From Nemertoderma westbladi (taxonomy: Eukaryota; Animalia; Xenacoelomorpha), in the NCBI GenBank assembly GCA_032718475.1, contig JAUCBJ010008232.1:30535-94534 (forward strand): DNA of 64,000 nucleotides, written 5' to 3'. Shown in pieces: positions 48,526 to 61,789 of the stretch. The stretch's first letter is position 1. Every line of letters starts with the position of its first letter. A program made the position numbers and the translations under genes. The notes under the pieces were generated by a model that saw only the letters and a list, made by a program, of their open reading frames with translations, made no database searches and was not told where the DNA came from.

Positions 48526-48740
48526 ATGGTACAATACCGCCCTGTATCAACCACCCTTCGTGAACGCAGATTGAGATTCAGTGGGCACTACTGGAGAAGT
48601 AAACATGAGGTCATACCAGACCTACTTTTCTTGCAACCAACACAAGAAAAGCATACCCGAGGACGCCCGGCTTTAACATATATAGACCAACTTGAAAGGG
48701 ATACATGCTGGACCTGGGAGAGACGAAATTGCGACAACTA
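48526..48740 (+). mobile_element. Decayed 3' fragment of a second RTE-like family
   Basis: LRERRLRFSGHYWR..RGRPALTYIDQLERDT. Confidence 0.7.
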
Positions 48741-48918
48741 TGGAGAATCGAGTGTTTTTTTATATACTTTTATCGCCTTTACTCACCTACCAATCTCCCT
48801 CGTCCATTCACGTCTTGAAGTAAAGACGTGCAAAGATAGAACTTTGCAAGAGAAAAGTGAAATTTAATGTAAGCAGATAACTAATACCCAACTAATAATT
48901 TCAATAATATATTTTCAG

Positions 48919-49027
48919 ATTGCGAGAAAAAGAAGAAATTGAGACGGGGTTACATGTGCATGTTCCAACGCCGGATGATGTTTACATATTCACAGGAAAC
49001 ATTTTAACAGAATGGCACCATACATTA
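48919..49027 (+). CDS. FOXRED2: FOXRED2-like exon 4
   Basis: TTTTCAG acceptor, phase 2 matches exon 3; VPTPDDVYIFTGNILTEW aligns by eye with the family motif LPRP..HHIVEDFLTDW; donor TTA/GTAAGT. Confidence 0.78.
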
Positions 49028-51367
49028 GTAAGTGTTGCAGTAACATGGCACCATACATTAGTATGTGTTACAGTAACATGGCACCATACATTAGTAAGTG
49101 TTATAGTAAAATGGCACCATACATTAGTAAGCGTTACAATAACATGGCACCAGTAAGTGTTACAGTAACAAGGCACCATACATTAGTAAGTGTTATAGTA
49201 AAATGGCACCATACATTAGTAAGCGTTACAATAACATGGCACCAGTAAGTGTTACAGTAACAAGGCACCATCCATTAGTAAGTGTTACAGTAACATGGCA
49301 CCATCCATTAGTAAGTCTTACAGTAACATGGCACCAGTAAGTTTTACAGCAACATGGCACCATACTTTAGTAAGTGTTACAGTAACATGGCACCATACAT
49401 TAGTAAGTCTTACAGTAACATATGGCACCAGTAAGTGTGACAGTAACATGGCACCATACATTAGTAAATCTTACAGTAAGATGGCACCATAAATTAGTAA
49501 GTCTTACAGTAACATGGCACCAATAGGTGTTACAGTAACATGGCACCAATAGGTGTTATAGTAACATGGCACCAAACATTAGTAAGTGTTGGAGTAACAT
49601 GTCACCATCCATTAGTAAGTGTTACAGTAACATGGCACCATACATTAGTAAGTGTTGCAGTAACATGGCACCATACATTAGTAAGTGTTACAGTAAAATG
49701 GCACTATCCATTAGTAAGTCTTACAGTAACATGGTACCAGTAAGTGTTACAGCAACATGGCACCATACATTAGTAAGTGTTACAGTAACATGGCACCATA
49801 CATTAGTAAGTCTTACAGTAACATGGAAGCAGTAAGTGTTACAGTAACATGGCACCATACATTAGTATGTCTTACAGTAACATGGCACCATAAATTAGTA
49901 AGTCTTACAGTAACATGGCACCAGTAAGTGTTACAGTAACATGGTAACATACATTAGTAAGTGTTACAGTAACATGGCACCATACATTAGTAAGTGTTAC
50001 AGTAACATGGCACCATACATTAGTAAGTGTTGTAGTAACATGGCACCATACATTAGTAAGTGTTACAGTAACATGGCACCATCCATTATTAAGTCTTTCA
50101 GTAATATGGCACCAGTAAGTGTTACAGTAACATGGCACTATACATTAGTAAGTGTTACAGTAACATGGCACCATCCATTAGTAAGTCTTGCAGTAACATG
50201 GCACCAGTAAGTGTTACAGTAACATGGCACCATACATTAGTAAGTATTACAGTAACATGGCACCAGTAAGTGTTACATTAACATGGCACCATACATTAGT
50301 AAGTCTTACAGTAACATGGCACCAGTAAGTGTTACAGTAACATGGCACCATCCATTAGTAAGTCGTACAGTAACATGGCACCATACATTAGTATGTCTTA
50401 CAGTAACATGGCACCATTAAGTGTTAGAGTAACATGGCACCATCCATTAGTAAGTCTTACAGTAACATGGCACCAGAAAGTATTACAGTAACATGGCATC
50501 ATACATTAGTAAGTGTTACAGTAATATGGCACTATACATTAGTAAGCGTTACATTAACATGGCACCATAAGTGTTACAGTAACAAGGCACCATCCATTAG
50601 TAAGTATTACAGTAACATGGCACCATACATTAGTAAGTGTTACAGTAACATGGCACCATCCATTAGTAAGTCTTACAGTAACATGGCACCATACATTAGT
50701 AAGTGTTACAGTAACAAGGCACCATACATTAGTAAGTCTTACAGTAACATGGCACCAGTAAGTGTTACAGTAACATGGCACCATCCAATAGTAAGTCTTA
50801 CAGTAACATGGCACCAGTAAGTGTTACAGTAACTTGGCACCATACTTTAGTAAGTCTTACAGTAACATGGCACCAGTAAGTGTTACAGGAACATGGCACC
50901 ATATATTAGTAAGTCTTACAGTAACATGGCACCAGTAAGTGTTCCAGTAACATGTCACCATCCATTAGAAAGTGTTAAAGTAGCATAGCATGGCACCATC
51001 CATTAGTAAACCTTACAGTAACATGGCACCTGTAAGTGTTACAGTAACATGGCACCATACATTAGTAAGCGTTACAGTAACATGGCACCATACATTAGTA
51101 AGTGTTGGAGTAACATGGCACCATCCATTAGTAAGTGTTACAGTAACATGGCACCATACATTAGTAAGTGTTGCAGTAACATGGCACCATACATTAGTAA
51201 GTGTTACAGTAACATGGCACCATCCATTAGAAAGTGTTACAGTAGCATAGCATGGCACCATCCATTAGTAAACCTTACAGTAACATCGCACCAGTAAGTG
51301 TTACAGTAACATGGCACTATACATTAGTAAGTGTTACAGTAACATGGCACCATCCATTAGTAAGTCT

Positions 51368-52915
51368 TGTTGCCGTTATTCCCGACACCATGGGGGGAAA
51401 CGCCGATGCTGGAGGCGGAACTTTTAAACCACGGAATTCCGGCCAGTCACCGGATATTGGGAGTGGATAAGGAATACTTTCTTAAATGCAAGATTGCGGT
51501 TGAGAATAGGTTGCATTGGTTGGATATAATCTTTAATGTAACTTCCCTACGGTTGAATCTTGATTCCTGAACATTGAACACCAAATAATGCAGCATTTAC
51601 TAAGTTGAACCCTGATTGAGAATAAGTTGGGCTTCCCCACATCAATATACACCAAATATTCACAATAATATCCGAACATATAAATTCCTACAGTACATTA
51701 ATTAATTACCCACTGTTCGCTTTAGATTTTAACCTAACTAATGTTCCCCATTTTCCCTCGGTCCTAGTCTCGGTACCGTAGTGTTGGTGTCGGTCGACCC
51801 TGTTGTGTGTCCGTTCCACCCTTCCCGAACCCCGAAGGGATCGGTCATTAGGAAAGCGGTACGGCTTGGCTAAGGGTCGGTCAAGTCGGTAGACCCGGTT
51901 GCGTGTCCGTCCCACCCTTCCCGAACCCCGAAAGGATCGGTCATCAGGAAAGCGGTACTGCTTGGCTAGGGGTCTGTCGAGTCGGTGGACCCGTTTGCGT
52001 GTCTGTCCCACCCTTCCCGAACCCCGAAGGGATCGGTCATCAGGAAAGCGGTACGGCTTGGCTAGGGGTCCGTCGGTTCATCACAGGGACCCAACCACCT
52101 AAGCTTTCCGAATCCTTTTCAGGCTCGTAGTCGCTTCGGTAGCCGAGAAGCTGCTCCGAACAGTCGGGAGGCCAGTGGAGTCCGGTCCTTTGTCTTTCAA
52201 CCCCGTTGCGTGTCCGTCCCACCCTTCCCGAACCCCGAAGGGATCGGTCATCAGGAAAGCGGTACGGCTTGGCAAGGGGTCTGTCAGCCCGTCGTGAGTC
52301 CCAACTGTTGGTAGTTTTCCGAGTCCTTATTCAGGCTCGTACTAACGCCGGTCGTGGAACCCACTCCAGGAGGGCAGACCTCGTCGAACCCTTCCTCCAT
52401 TTAGTCGGTCGACCCATCGCAAGTCCCTGGCATAGTCAGCAAGCTTTCCGAGTCCTTATTCAGGCTCGTAATAACTGCCAGTGACCAGGGACCGCTAAGG
52501 ATCTGTCTGTCGGTTCCCGTCGCAAATCCCTGACACAAGCAGCAGACTTTCCGAGTCCTTATTCAGGCTCGTAATAACTGCTGTTGGCCAGGGACCGCTA
52601 AGGGCAGTCCTTGTCCCTAGGCCTAGCGAGTTACCAAATCCACCTCTACAGGCAGCAGGAAGTTGGCTAAGCCTAATAGTATTCATGCAAACCTGAGTAC
52701 TGCTTAACTTTGCCTCCCACCCCTGGCCCTTAAATATCTGACATGAGTCCCGTACCCCGTAAGTCGCCCCAATATTCGCCCGTAAATCGCCCCCAGTCCA
52801 TTGAATGTGCCCAAATTCCATGTTCCCGCATCCAGTATTGATATTGGAATATTCATTTCAAATAAATCCAAAAAATATTCAACTCGCGTTAAGAAAAGTT
52901 GAAATACCGCGAACA
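51368..52915 (-). mobile_element. Solo-LTR-like element 1 (1548 bp) in the satellite
   Basis: TGTTG...GAACA, imperfect 13-bp terminal inverted repeat, TSD AGTCT (51363-51367, 52916-52920); TATA-like ATATTTAAG (~52735) and ATTAAA (~51535) on the minus strand. Confidence 0.85.
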
Positions 52916-55900
52916 AGTCTTGCAGTAACATGGCACCAGTAAGTGTTACAGTAACATGTCACCATACATTAATTAGTAAGTCTTACAGTAACATGGTACC
53001 AGTAAGTGTTACAGTAACATGGCACCATACATTAGTAAGTCTTACAGTAACATGGCACCAGTAAGTGTTACAGTAACATGGCACCATCCATTAGTAAGTC
53101 GTACAGTAACATGGCACCATACATTAGTAAGTGTTGGAGTAACATGGCACCATCCATGAGTAAGTGTTACAGTAACATGGCACCATACATTAGTACGTGT
53201 TACAGTAACATGACACCATACATTAGTAAGTGTTACAGTAACATGGCACCATCCATTAGTAAGTCTTACAGTAACATGGCACCAGCAAGTGTTACAGTAA
53301 CATGGCACCATACATTAGTAAGTGTTACAGTAACATGGCATCATCCATTAGTAAGTCTTACAATAACATGGCAACAGTAAGTGTTACAGTAAGATGGCAC
53401 CAGTAAGTGTTACAGTAACATGGCACCATACATAAGTAAGTGTTACAGTAACATGGCACCATACATTAGTAAGTGTTGGAGTAACATGGCACCATCCATT
53501 AGTAAGTGTTACGGTAACATGGCACTATACATTAGTAAGTCTTACAGTAACATGGCACCAGTAAGTGTTACAGTAACATGGCACCATCCATTAGTAAGAC
53601 TTACAGTAACATGACACCAGCAAGTGTTGCAGTAACATGACACCAGCAAGTGTTGCAGTAACATGGCACCATACATTAGTAAGTGTTACAGTAACATGGC
53701 ACCAGTAAGTGTTACAGTAACATGACACCATACATTAGTAAGTCTTACAGTAACATGGCACCAGTAAATGTTACAGTAACATGGCACCATCCATTAGTAA
53801 GTCGTACAGTAACATGGCACCAGTAAGTGTTACAGTAACATGCCGCAATACATTAGTAAGTGTTACAGTAACATGGCACCATACATTAGTAAATGTTGGA
53901 GTAACATGGCACCATCCATTAGTAAGTGTTACAGTAACATGGCACCATCCATTAGTAAGACTTACAGTAACATGACACCAGCAAGTGTTACAGTAACATG
54001 GCACCATACATTAGTAAGTCTTGCAGTAACATGGCACCAGTAAGTGTTACAGTAACATGGCACCATACATTAGTAAGTCTTACAGTAACATGGCACCAGT
54101 AAGAGTTACAGTAACATGGCACCATACATTAGTAAGTCTTACAGTAACATGGCACCAGTAAGTGTTACAGTAACATGGCACCATCCATTAGTAAGTCGTA
54201 CAGTAACATGGCACCATACATTAGTAAGTGTTGGAATAACATGGCACCATCCATGAGTAAGTGTTACAGTAACATGGCACCATACATTAGTAAGTGTTAC
54301 AGTAACATGACACCATACATTAGTAAGTGTTACAGTAACATGGCACCATCCATTAGTAAGTCTTACAGTAACATGGCCCCAGTAAGTGTTACAGTAACAT
54401 GGCATCATACATTAGTAAGTGTTACAGTAACATGGCAACATCCATTAGTAAGTCTTACAGTAACATGGCACCAGTAAGTGTTACAGTAACATGGCACCAT
54501 ACATTAGTAAGTGTTACAGTAACATGGCACCATACATTAGTAAGTCTTACAGTAACATGGCACCAGTAAGTGTTACAGTAACATGGCACCATACATTAGT
54601 AAGTCTTACAGTAACATGGCACCATACATTAGTAAGTGTTACAGTAACATGGCACCATCCGTTAGTAAGTCTTACAGTGACATGGCACCATACATTAGTA
54701 AGTGTTACAGTAACATGGCACCATCCATTAGTAAGTCTTACAGTAACATGGCCCCAGTAAGTGTTACAGTAACATGGCATCATACATTAGTAAGTGTTAC
54801 AGTAACATGGCAACATCCATTAGTAAGTCTTACAGTAACATGGCACCAGTAAGTGTTACAGTAACATGGCACCATACATTAGTAAGTGTTACAGTAACAT
54901 GGCACCATACATTAGTAAGTCTTACAGTAACATGGCACCAGTAAGTGTTACAGTAACATGGCACCAGTAAGTGTTACAGTAACATGGCACCATACATTAG
55001 TAAGTCTTACAGTAACATGGCACCATACATTAGTAAGTGTTACAGTAACATGGCACCATCCGTTAGTAAGTCTTACAGTGACATGGCACCATAATTAGTA
55101 AGTGTTACAGTAACATGGCACCATTCAATAGTAATTCTTACAGTAACATGGCACCAGTAAGTGTTACAGTAACATGGCACCATCCATTAGTAAGTCGTAC
55201 AGTAACATGGCACCATACATTAGTAAGTGTTGGAGTAACATGGCACCATCCATGAGTAAGTGTTACAGTAACATGGCACCATACATTAGTACGTGTTACA
55301 GTAACATGACACCATACATTAGTAATGTTACAGTAACATGGCACCATCCATTAGTAAGTCTTACAGTAACATGGCACCAGCAAGTGTTACAGTAACATGG
55401 CACCATACATTAGTAAGTGTTACAGTAACATGGCATCATCCATTAGTAAGTCTTACAATAACATGGCAACAGTAAGTGTTACAGTAAGATGGCACCAGTA
55501 AGTGTTACAGTAACATGGCACCATACATAAGTAAGTGTTACAGTAACATGGCACCATACATTAGTAAGTGTTGGAGTAACATGGCACCATCCATTAGTAA
55601 GTGTTACGGTAACATGGCACTATACATTAGTAAGTCTTACAGTAACATGGCACCAGTAAGTGTTACAGTAACATGGCACCATCCATTAGTAAGACTTACA
55701 GTAACATGACACCAGCAAGTGTTGCAGTAACATGACACCAGCAAGTGTTGCAGTAACATGGCACCATACATTAGTAAGTGTTACAGTAACATGGCACCAG
55801 TAAGTGTTACAGTAACATGGCACCATACATTAGTAAGTCTTACAGTAACATGGCACCAGTAAATGTTACAGTAACATGGCACCATCCATTAGTAAGTCGT

Positions 55901-58900
55901 ACAGTAACATGGCACCAGTAAGTGTTACAGTAACATGCCGCAATACATTAGTAAGTGTTACAGTAACATGGCACCATACATTAGTAAATGTTGGAGTAAC
56001 ATGGCACCATCCATTAGTAAGTGTTACAGTAACATGGCACCATCCATTAGTAAGACTTACAGTAACATGACACCAGCAAGTGTTACAGTAACATGGCATC
56101 ATACATTAGTAAGTGTTACAGTAACATGGCAACATCCATTAGTAAGTCTTACAGTAACATGGCACCAGTAAGTGTTACAGTAACATGGCACCATACATTA
56201 GTAAGTGTTACAGTAACATGGCACCATACATTAGTAAGTCTTACAGTAACATGGCACCAGTAAGTGTTACAGTAACATGGCACCAGTAAGTGTTACAGTA
56301 ACATGGCACCATACATTAGTAAGTCTTACAGTAACATGGCACCATACATTAGTAAGTGTTACAGTAACATGGCACCATCCGTTAGTAAGTCTTACATTGA
56401 CATGGCACCATACATTAGTAAGTGTTACAGTAACATGGCACCATTCAATAGTAATTCTTACAGTAACATGGCACCAGTAAGTGTTACAGTAACATGGCAC
56501 CATCCATTAGTAAGTCGTACAGTAACATGGCACCATACATTAGTAAGTGTTGGAGTAACATGGCACCATCCATGAGTAAGTGTTACAGTAACATGGCACC
56601 ATACATTAGTACGTGTTACAGTAACATGACACCATACATTAGTAAGTGTTACAGTAACATGGCACCATCCATTAGTAAGTCTTACAGTAACATGGCACCA
56701 GCAAGTGTTACAGTAACATGGCACCATACATTAGTAAGTGTTACAGTAACATGGCATCATCCATTAGTAAGTCTTACAATAACATGGCAACAGTAAGTGT
56801 TACAGTAAGATGGCACCAGTAAGTGTTACAGTAACATGGCACCATACATAAGTAAGTGTTACAGTAACATGGCACCATACATTAGTAAGTGTTGGAGTAA
56901 CATGGCACCATCCATTAGTAAGTGTTACGGTAACATGGCACTATACATTAGTAAGTCTTACAGTAACATGGCACCAGTAAGTGTTACAGTAACATGGCAC
57001 CATCCATTAGTAAGACTTACAGTAACATGACACCAGCAAGTGTTGCAGTAACATGACACCAGCAAGTGTTGCAGTAACATGGCACCATACATTAGTAAGT
57101 GTTACAGTAACATGGCACCAGTAAGTGTTACAGTAACATGGCACCATACATTAGTAAGTCTTACAGTAACATGGCACCAGTAAATGTTACAGTAACATGG
57201 CACCATCCATTAGTAAGTCGTACAGTAACATGGCACCAGTAAGTGTTACAGTAACATGCCGCAATACATTAGTAAGTGTTACAGTAACATGGCACCATAC
57301 ATTAGTAAATGTTGGAGTAACATGGCACCATCCATTAGTAAGTGTTACAGTAACATGGCACCATCCATTAGTAAGACTTACAGTAACATGACACCAGCAA
57401 GTGTTACAGTAACATGGCACCATACATTAGTAAGTCTTGCAGTAACATGGCACCAGTAAGTGTTACAGTAACATGGCACCATACATTAGTAAGTCTTACA
57501 GTAACATGGCACCAGTAAGAGTTACAGTAACATGGCACCATACATTAGTAAGTCTTACAGTAACATGGCACCAGTAAGTGTTACAGTAACATGGCACCAT
57601 CCATTAGTAAGTCGTACAGTGACATGGCACCATACATTAGTAAGTGTTGGAATAACATGGCACCATCCATGAGTAAGTGTTACAGTAACATGGCACCATA
57701 CATTAGTAAGTGTTACAGTAACATGACACCATACATTAGTAAGTGTTACAGTAACATGGCACCATCCATTAGTAAGTCTTACAGTAACATGGCCCCAGTA
57801 AGTGTTACAGTAACATGGCATCATATATTAGTAAGTGTTACAGTAACATGGCAACATCCATTAGTAAGTCTTACAGTAACATGGCACCAGTAAGTGTTAC
57901 AGTAACATGGCACCATACATTAGTAAGTGTTACAGTAACATGGCACCATACATTAGTAAGTCTTACAGTAACATGGCACCAGTAAGTGTTACAGTAACAT
58001 GGCACCATACATTAGTAAGTCTTACAGTAACATGGCACCATACATTAGTAAGTGTTACAGTAACATGGCACCATCCGTTAGTAAGTCTTACAGTGACATG
58101 GCACCATACATTAGTAAGTGTTACAGTAACATGGCACCATCCATTAGTAAGTCTTACAGTAACATGGCCCCAGTAAGTGTTACAGTAACATGGCATCATA
58201 CATTAGTAAGTGTTACAGTAACATGGCAACATCCATTAGTAAGTCTTACAGTAACATGGCACCAGTAAGTGTTACAGTAACATGGCACCATACATTAGTA
58301 AGTGTTACAGTAACATGGCACCATACATTAGTAAGTCTTACAGTAACATGGCACCAGTAAGTGTTACAGTAACATGGCACCATACATTAGTAAGTCTTAC
58401 AGTAACATGGCACCATACATTAGTAAGTGTTACAGTAACATGGCACCATCCGTTAGTAAGTCTTACAGTGACATGGCACCATACATTAGTAAGTGTTACA
58501 GTAACATGGCACCATTCAATAGTAATTCTTACAGTAACATGGCACCAGTAAGTGTTACAGGAACATGGCACCATACATTAGTAAGTCTTACAGTAACATG
58601 ACACCAGCAAGTGTTGCAGTAACATGGCACCATACATTAGAAAGTGTTACAGTAACATGGCACCATCCATTAGTAAGTCTTACAGTAACGGCATCAGTAA
58701 GTGTTACAATAACATGGCACCATACATTAGAAAGTGTTACAGTAACATGGCACCATACATTAGTAAGCGTTACAGTAACATGGCACCAGTAAGTGTTACA
58801 GTAACAAGGCACCATACATTAGTAATCGTTACAGTAAAATGGCACCATACATTAGTAAGCGTTACAATAACATGGCACCAGTAAGTGTTACAGTAACAAG

Positions 58901-59354
58901 GCACCATCCATTAGTAAGTATTACAGTGACATGGCACCATACATTAGTAAGTATTACAGTAACATGGCACCATACATTAGTAAGTCTTACAGTAACATGG
59001 CACCAGTAAGTGTTACAGTGACATGGCACCATACATTAGTAAGTCTTACAGTAACGTGGCACCATACATTAGTAAGTCTTACAGTAACATGGCACCAGTA
59101 AGTTTTACAGTAACATGGCACCATACATTAGTAAGTCTTACAGTAACATGGCACCAGTAAGTTTTACAGTAACATGGCACCATACATTAGTAAGTCTTAC
59201 AGTAACAACATGGCACCAGTAAGTGTTACAGTAACATGGCACCATCCATTAGTAAGTGTTACAGTAGCATGGCACCATCCATTAGTAAGTCTAACAGTAA
59301 CATGGAACCAGTAAGTGTTACAGTAACATGGCACCATACATTAGTAAGTGTTAC

Positions 59355-60717
59355 TGTTGCCGTTATTCCCGACACCAGGGGGGAAAACTCCGATGCTGGA
59401 GGCAGAACTTTCAAACCGCTATGTCACGGCCAGTCACCGGATATTGGGAGTGGAGAAGGACATTGTCTTAAATGCAGAGTAGAAAAAGAGTTTTGTTGGT
59501 TGGCTATTAATCTTTATTTGATCGACACTCTGAACTCTGATTTGCACTCTGAAATATTGCACTCTGTTACACTCTGATTGAGAATAATTTGGGCTTCCCC
59601 ACACCAATATACCAAATATTCACAATAATACACAATATGAAATTCCTACAGTAAATTATTTAATTACCCCACTGTTCGCTTAACTTTCAGAATTTGACCT
59701 AACTAATGTTCCCCATTTTCCCTCGGTCCTAGTCCCGGTACAGTAGTGTCAGCATCGGTCGATCCTTTGCTTGTCCGCTCCACCCTTCCTAATTCCATAT
59801 GGGTCAGTCATTAGGAAAGCGGCGCGGCTTAGCTAGGGATTCTGTCGGTTCATCGCAGGGTCCCAACTACCTATGCTTTCCGAGTCCTTTTCAGGATCGT
59901 AATCACGTTAGTAGTCGAGAACCCGCTCCGAATAGTCGGTATGCCTGTAAAGTCCAGTCCTCTGTCTTTCGACCCTGTCGCATGTCCGTCCCACCCTTCC
60001 CGAACCCTAATGGGATCAGTCCTCAGGAAAGCGGTACGGCTTAGCTAGGGGTCTGTCAGCCCGTTGTGAGCCCCAACTGTCGGAGCTTTCCGAGTCCTTT
60101 TCAGGCTCATACTAACGCCAGTCGTGGAGCCCATGCCAGGAAGTCAGTCCTCATTGAACCTTCCTTTCCATCCAGTCATCAGCCCTTTACACATCCCCGG
60201 TTTATCAAATGGCGCCGAGTCCTTTTCAGGCTCAGTCGTTGCCAACAACCAGGAACCGTTCGAGACCTGTCAGTCGATCCTTCGCAAGTCCCCAATGCGA
60301 AAACTCCGCCCGAGTCCTTTTCAGGCTCAGTCGTAGCCAACACACCGGGAACCACTTAGGATCTGTCGGTCCCGTCGCAAATCCCTAGCACATCGAGCAA
60401 CGCCCGAGTCCTTTTCAGGCTCAGTCGCCACCGATGGCCAGGGACCGCTGAGGGCAGTCCTTGTCCCCAGACCTAGCGGGTTACCGACTACCGAAGTAGA
60501 AGGAGGTTGTCTAGGCCTATAGTAACTATCAGGCAACCCTGACAGCCGAGAGAATTGCTTGATTTTACCCCCCACCCATGGCCCTTAAATATCTGAAATG
60601 TATCCCGCATTTCGCAAGTTTCGCCCATAAATCGCCCCCAGTTTATTAAATGTGCCCAAATTTTTTGTTTCCGTGCCCCCCATCGATATTGGCACATTCA
60701 TAAAATATGAAATCGAA
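59355..60717 (-). mobile_element. Solo-LTR-like element 2 (1363 bp), diverged relative of element 1, one end shortened
   Basis: Same TGTTGCCGTTATTCCCGACACCA start, collinear throughout; GTTAC on both sides; AATAAA on the minus strand near 59515. Confidence 0.82.
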
Positions 60718-61789
60718 GTTACAGTAACATGGCACCATACATTAGTAAGTGTTGGAGTAACATGGCACCATCCATTAGTAAGTGTTACAGTAACATGGCA
60801 CCATACATTAGTAAGTGTTAAGCGATCCACCTTGGTCCAACGCAATCTCTTACTGATGAACGCAAGCTGGACCTTCAGAACCATTTACTAAGAATATTTT
60901 ACTGTCACAAACTATGCGGCTCTGACAATCACACGTTCCTTTCTCTGTCAATTTCTCAACAGAGAGCTATCTGTTCGAATTTATAAGCCAAAACAGCAGC
61001 AACCATAACAATAAATCTGAAATGGCTCCCTAAGCTACTTAATATGAGTGCGGGTGACTTAGCACTCGGCTCTCGCTTCCCACAGAGAATTACAGGCAGT
61101 TATCGGGCGGAACAATGTTGAATGTGAGAATATTTTACTATTATAATGGGATAGGCTATTTATTCGCCCTAACGTCGAAACTTGACCTTGCGCTGGCTTT
61201 AGGCCAGCAACTTCCTACTGTGCTACACTGGCTACCACTGCCAGCCCGCTAACCCGCTATTTTCAAATAACCACCTAGCGTTGAATATTCTAAGGTATTT
61301 CTAAGAGTAATTTACCCAACTATTCTCCGCTATGCAGCGTACAAGTTCTTAATTTTATTCTAACATGCCAAATAAACTACGGTGTCTCAAAAATTACAGA
61401 TTTGCGTACTAATTACTAAGTATTCCAGAATACGTATTACTAATTAATTACGTTACTGAGTTATACTAGCAACAGCCTAAATACTGTATTATTTTGTCCT
61501 AACAGCAATTAATAAGCAAAACTAAGAAATAGAAAACAATCAAGAAAAGTAGCGCCTATCTAAACATTTACATTCAAATATCAGGCACTCTTCAGCAACA
61601 CAACATAAAATTGCGTTAGCAACAGAGCTGGTAGTGCTATCGACAGCGCTAGTAGCGCTAGTCAGCTAGTGTCAACTAGTGTAAACTAGCGTATAGATTA
61701 GTGTAGACTAGTGTAGGTTAGTCTAAGAGAGCAAGGTCACCCAGACTACATGCGGTCCACCTAACTAAACCCGCTATTACTTCCCTAGT

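Larger units (their letters stand above)
49013..60820 (+). repeat. 26/33-bp satellite TGGCACC(ATACATT)AGTAAGTGTTACAGTAACA, ~9 kb excluding two inserts
   Basis: Directly visible; higher-order periods 2095, 1321 and 3416 bp from repeated ORF-track offsets. Confidence 0.98.

Noticed and set aside
51915-52256. Hammerhead ribozyme (CUGAUGA plus stem) in the LTR repeats
   Set aside because: GAAA is GAAG in all copies, stems I and III pair poorly, and variants CUAAUGA would break the catalytic core while keeping a K-turn.
49013-60820. CRISPR-like array or repeat-protein gene (MAPYISKCYSN ORFs)
   Set aside because: No unique spacers and no cas genes; 26-bp monomers break the frames, so the ORFs are by-products.
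60822-60985. FOXRED2 last exon (AIHLGP..LRIFYC frame)
   Set aside because: Similarity too weak and no polypyrimidine acceptor.
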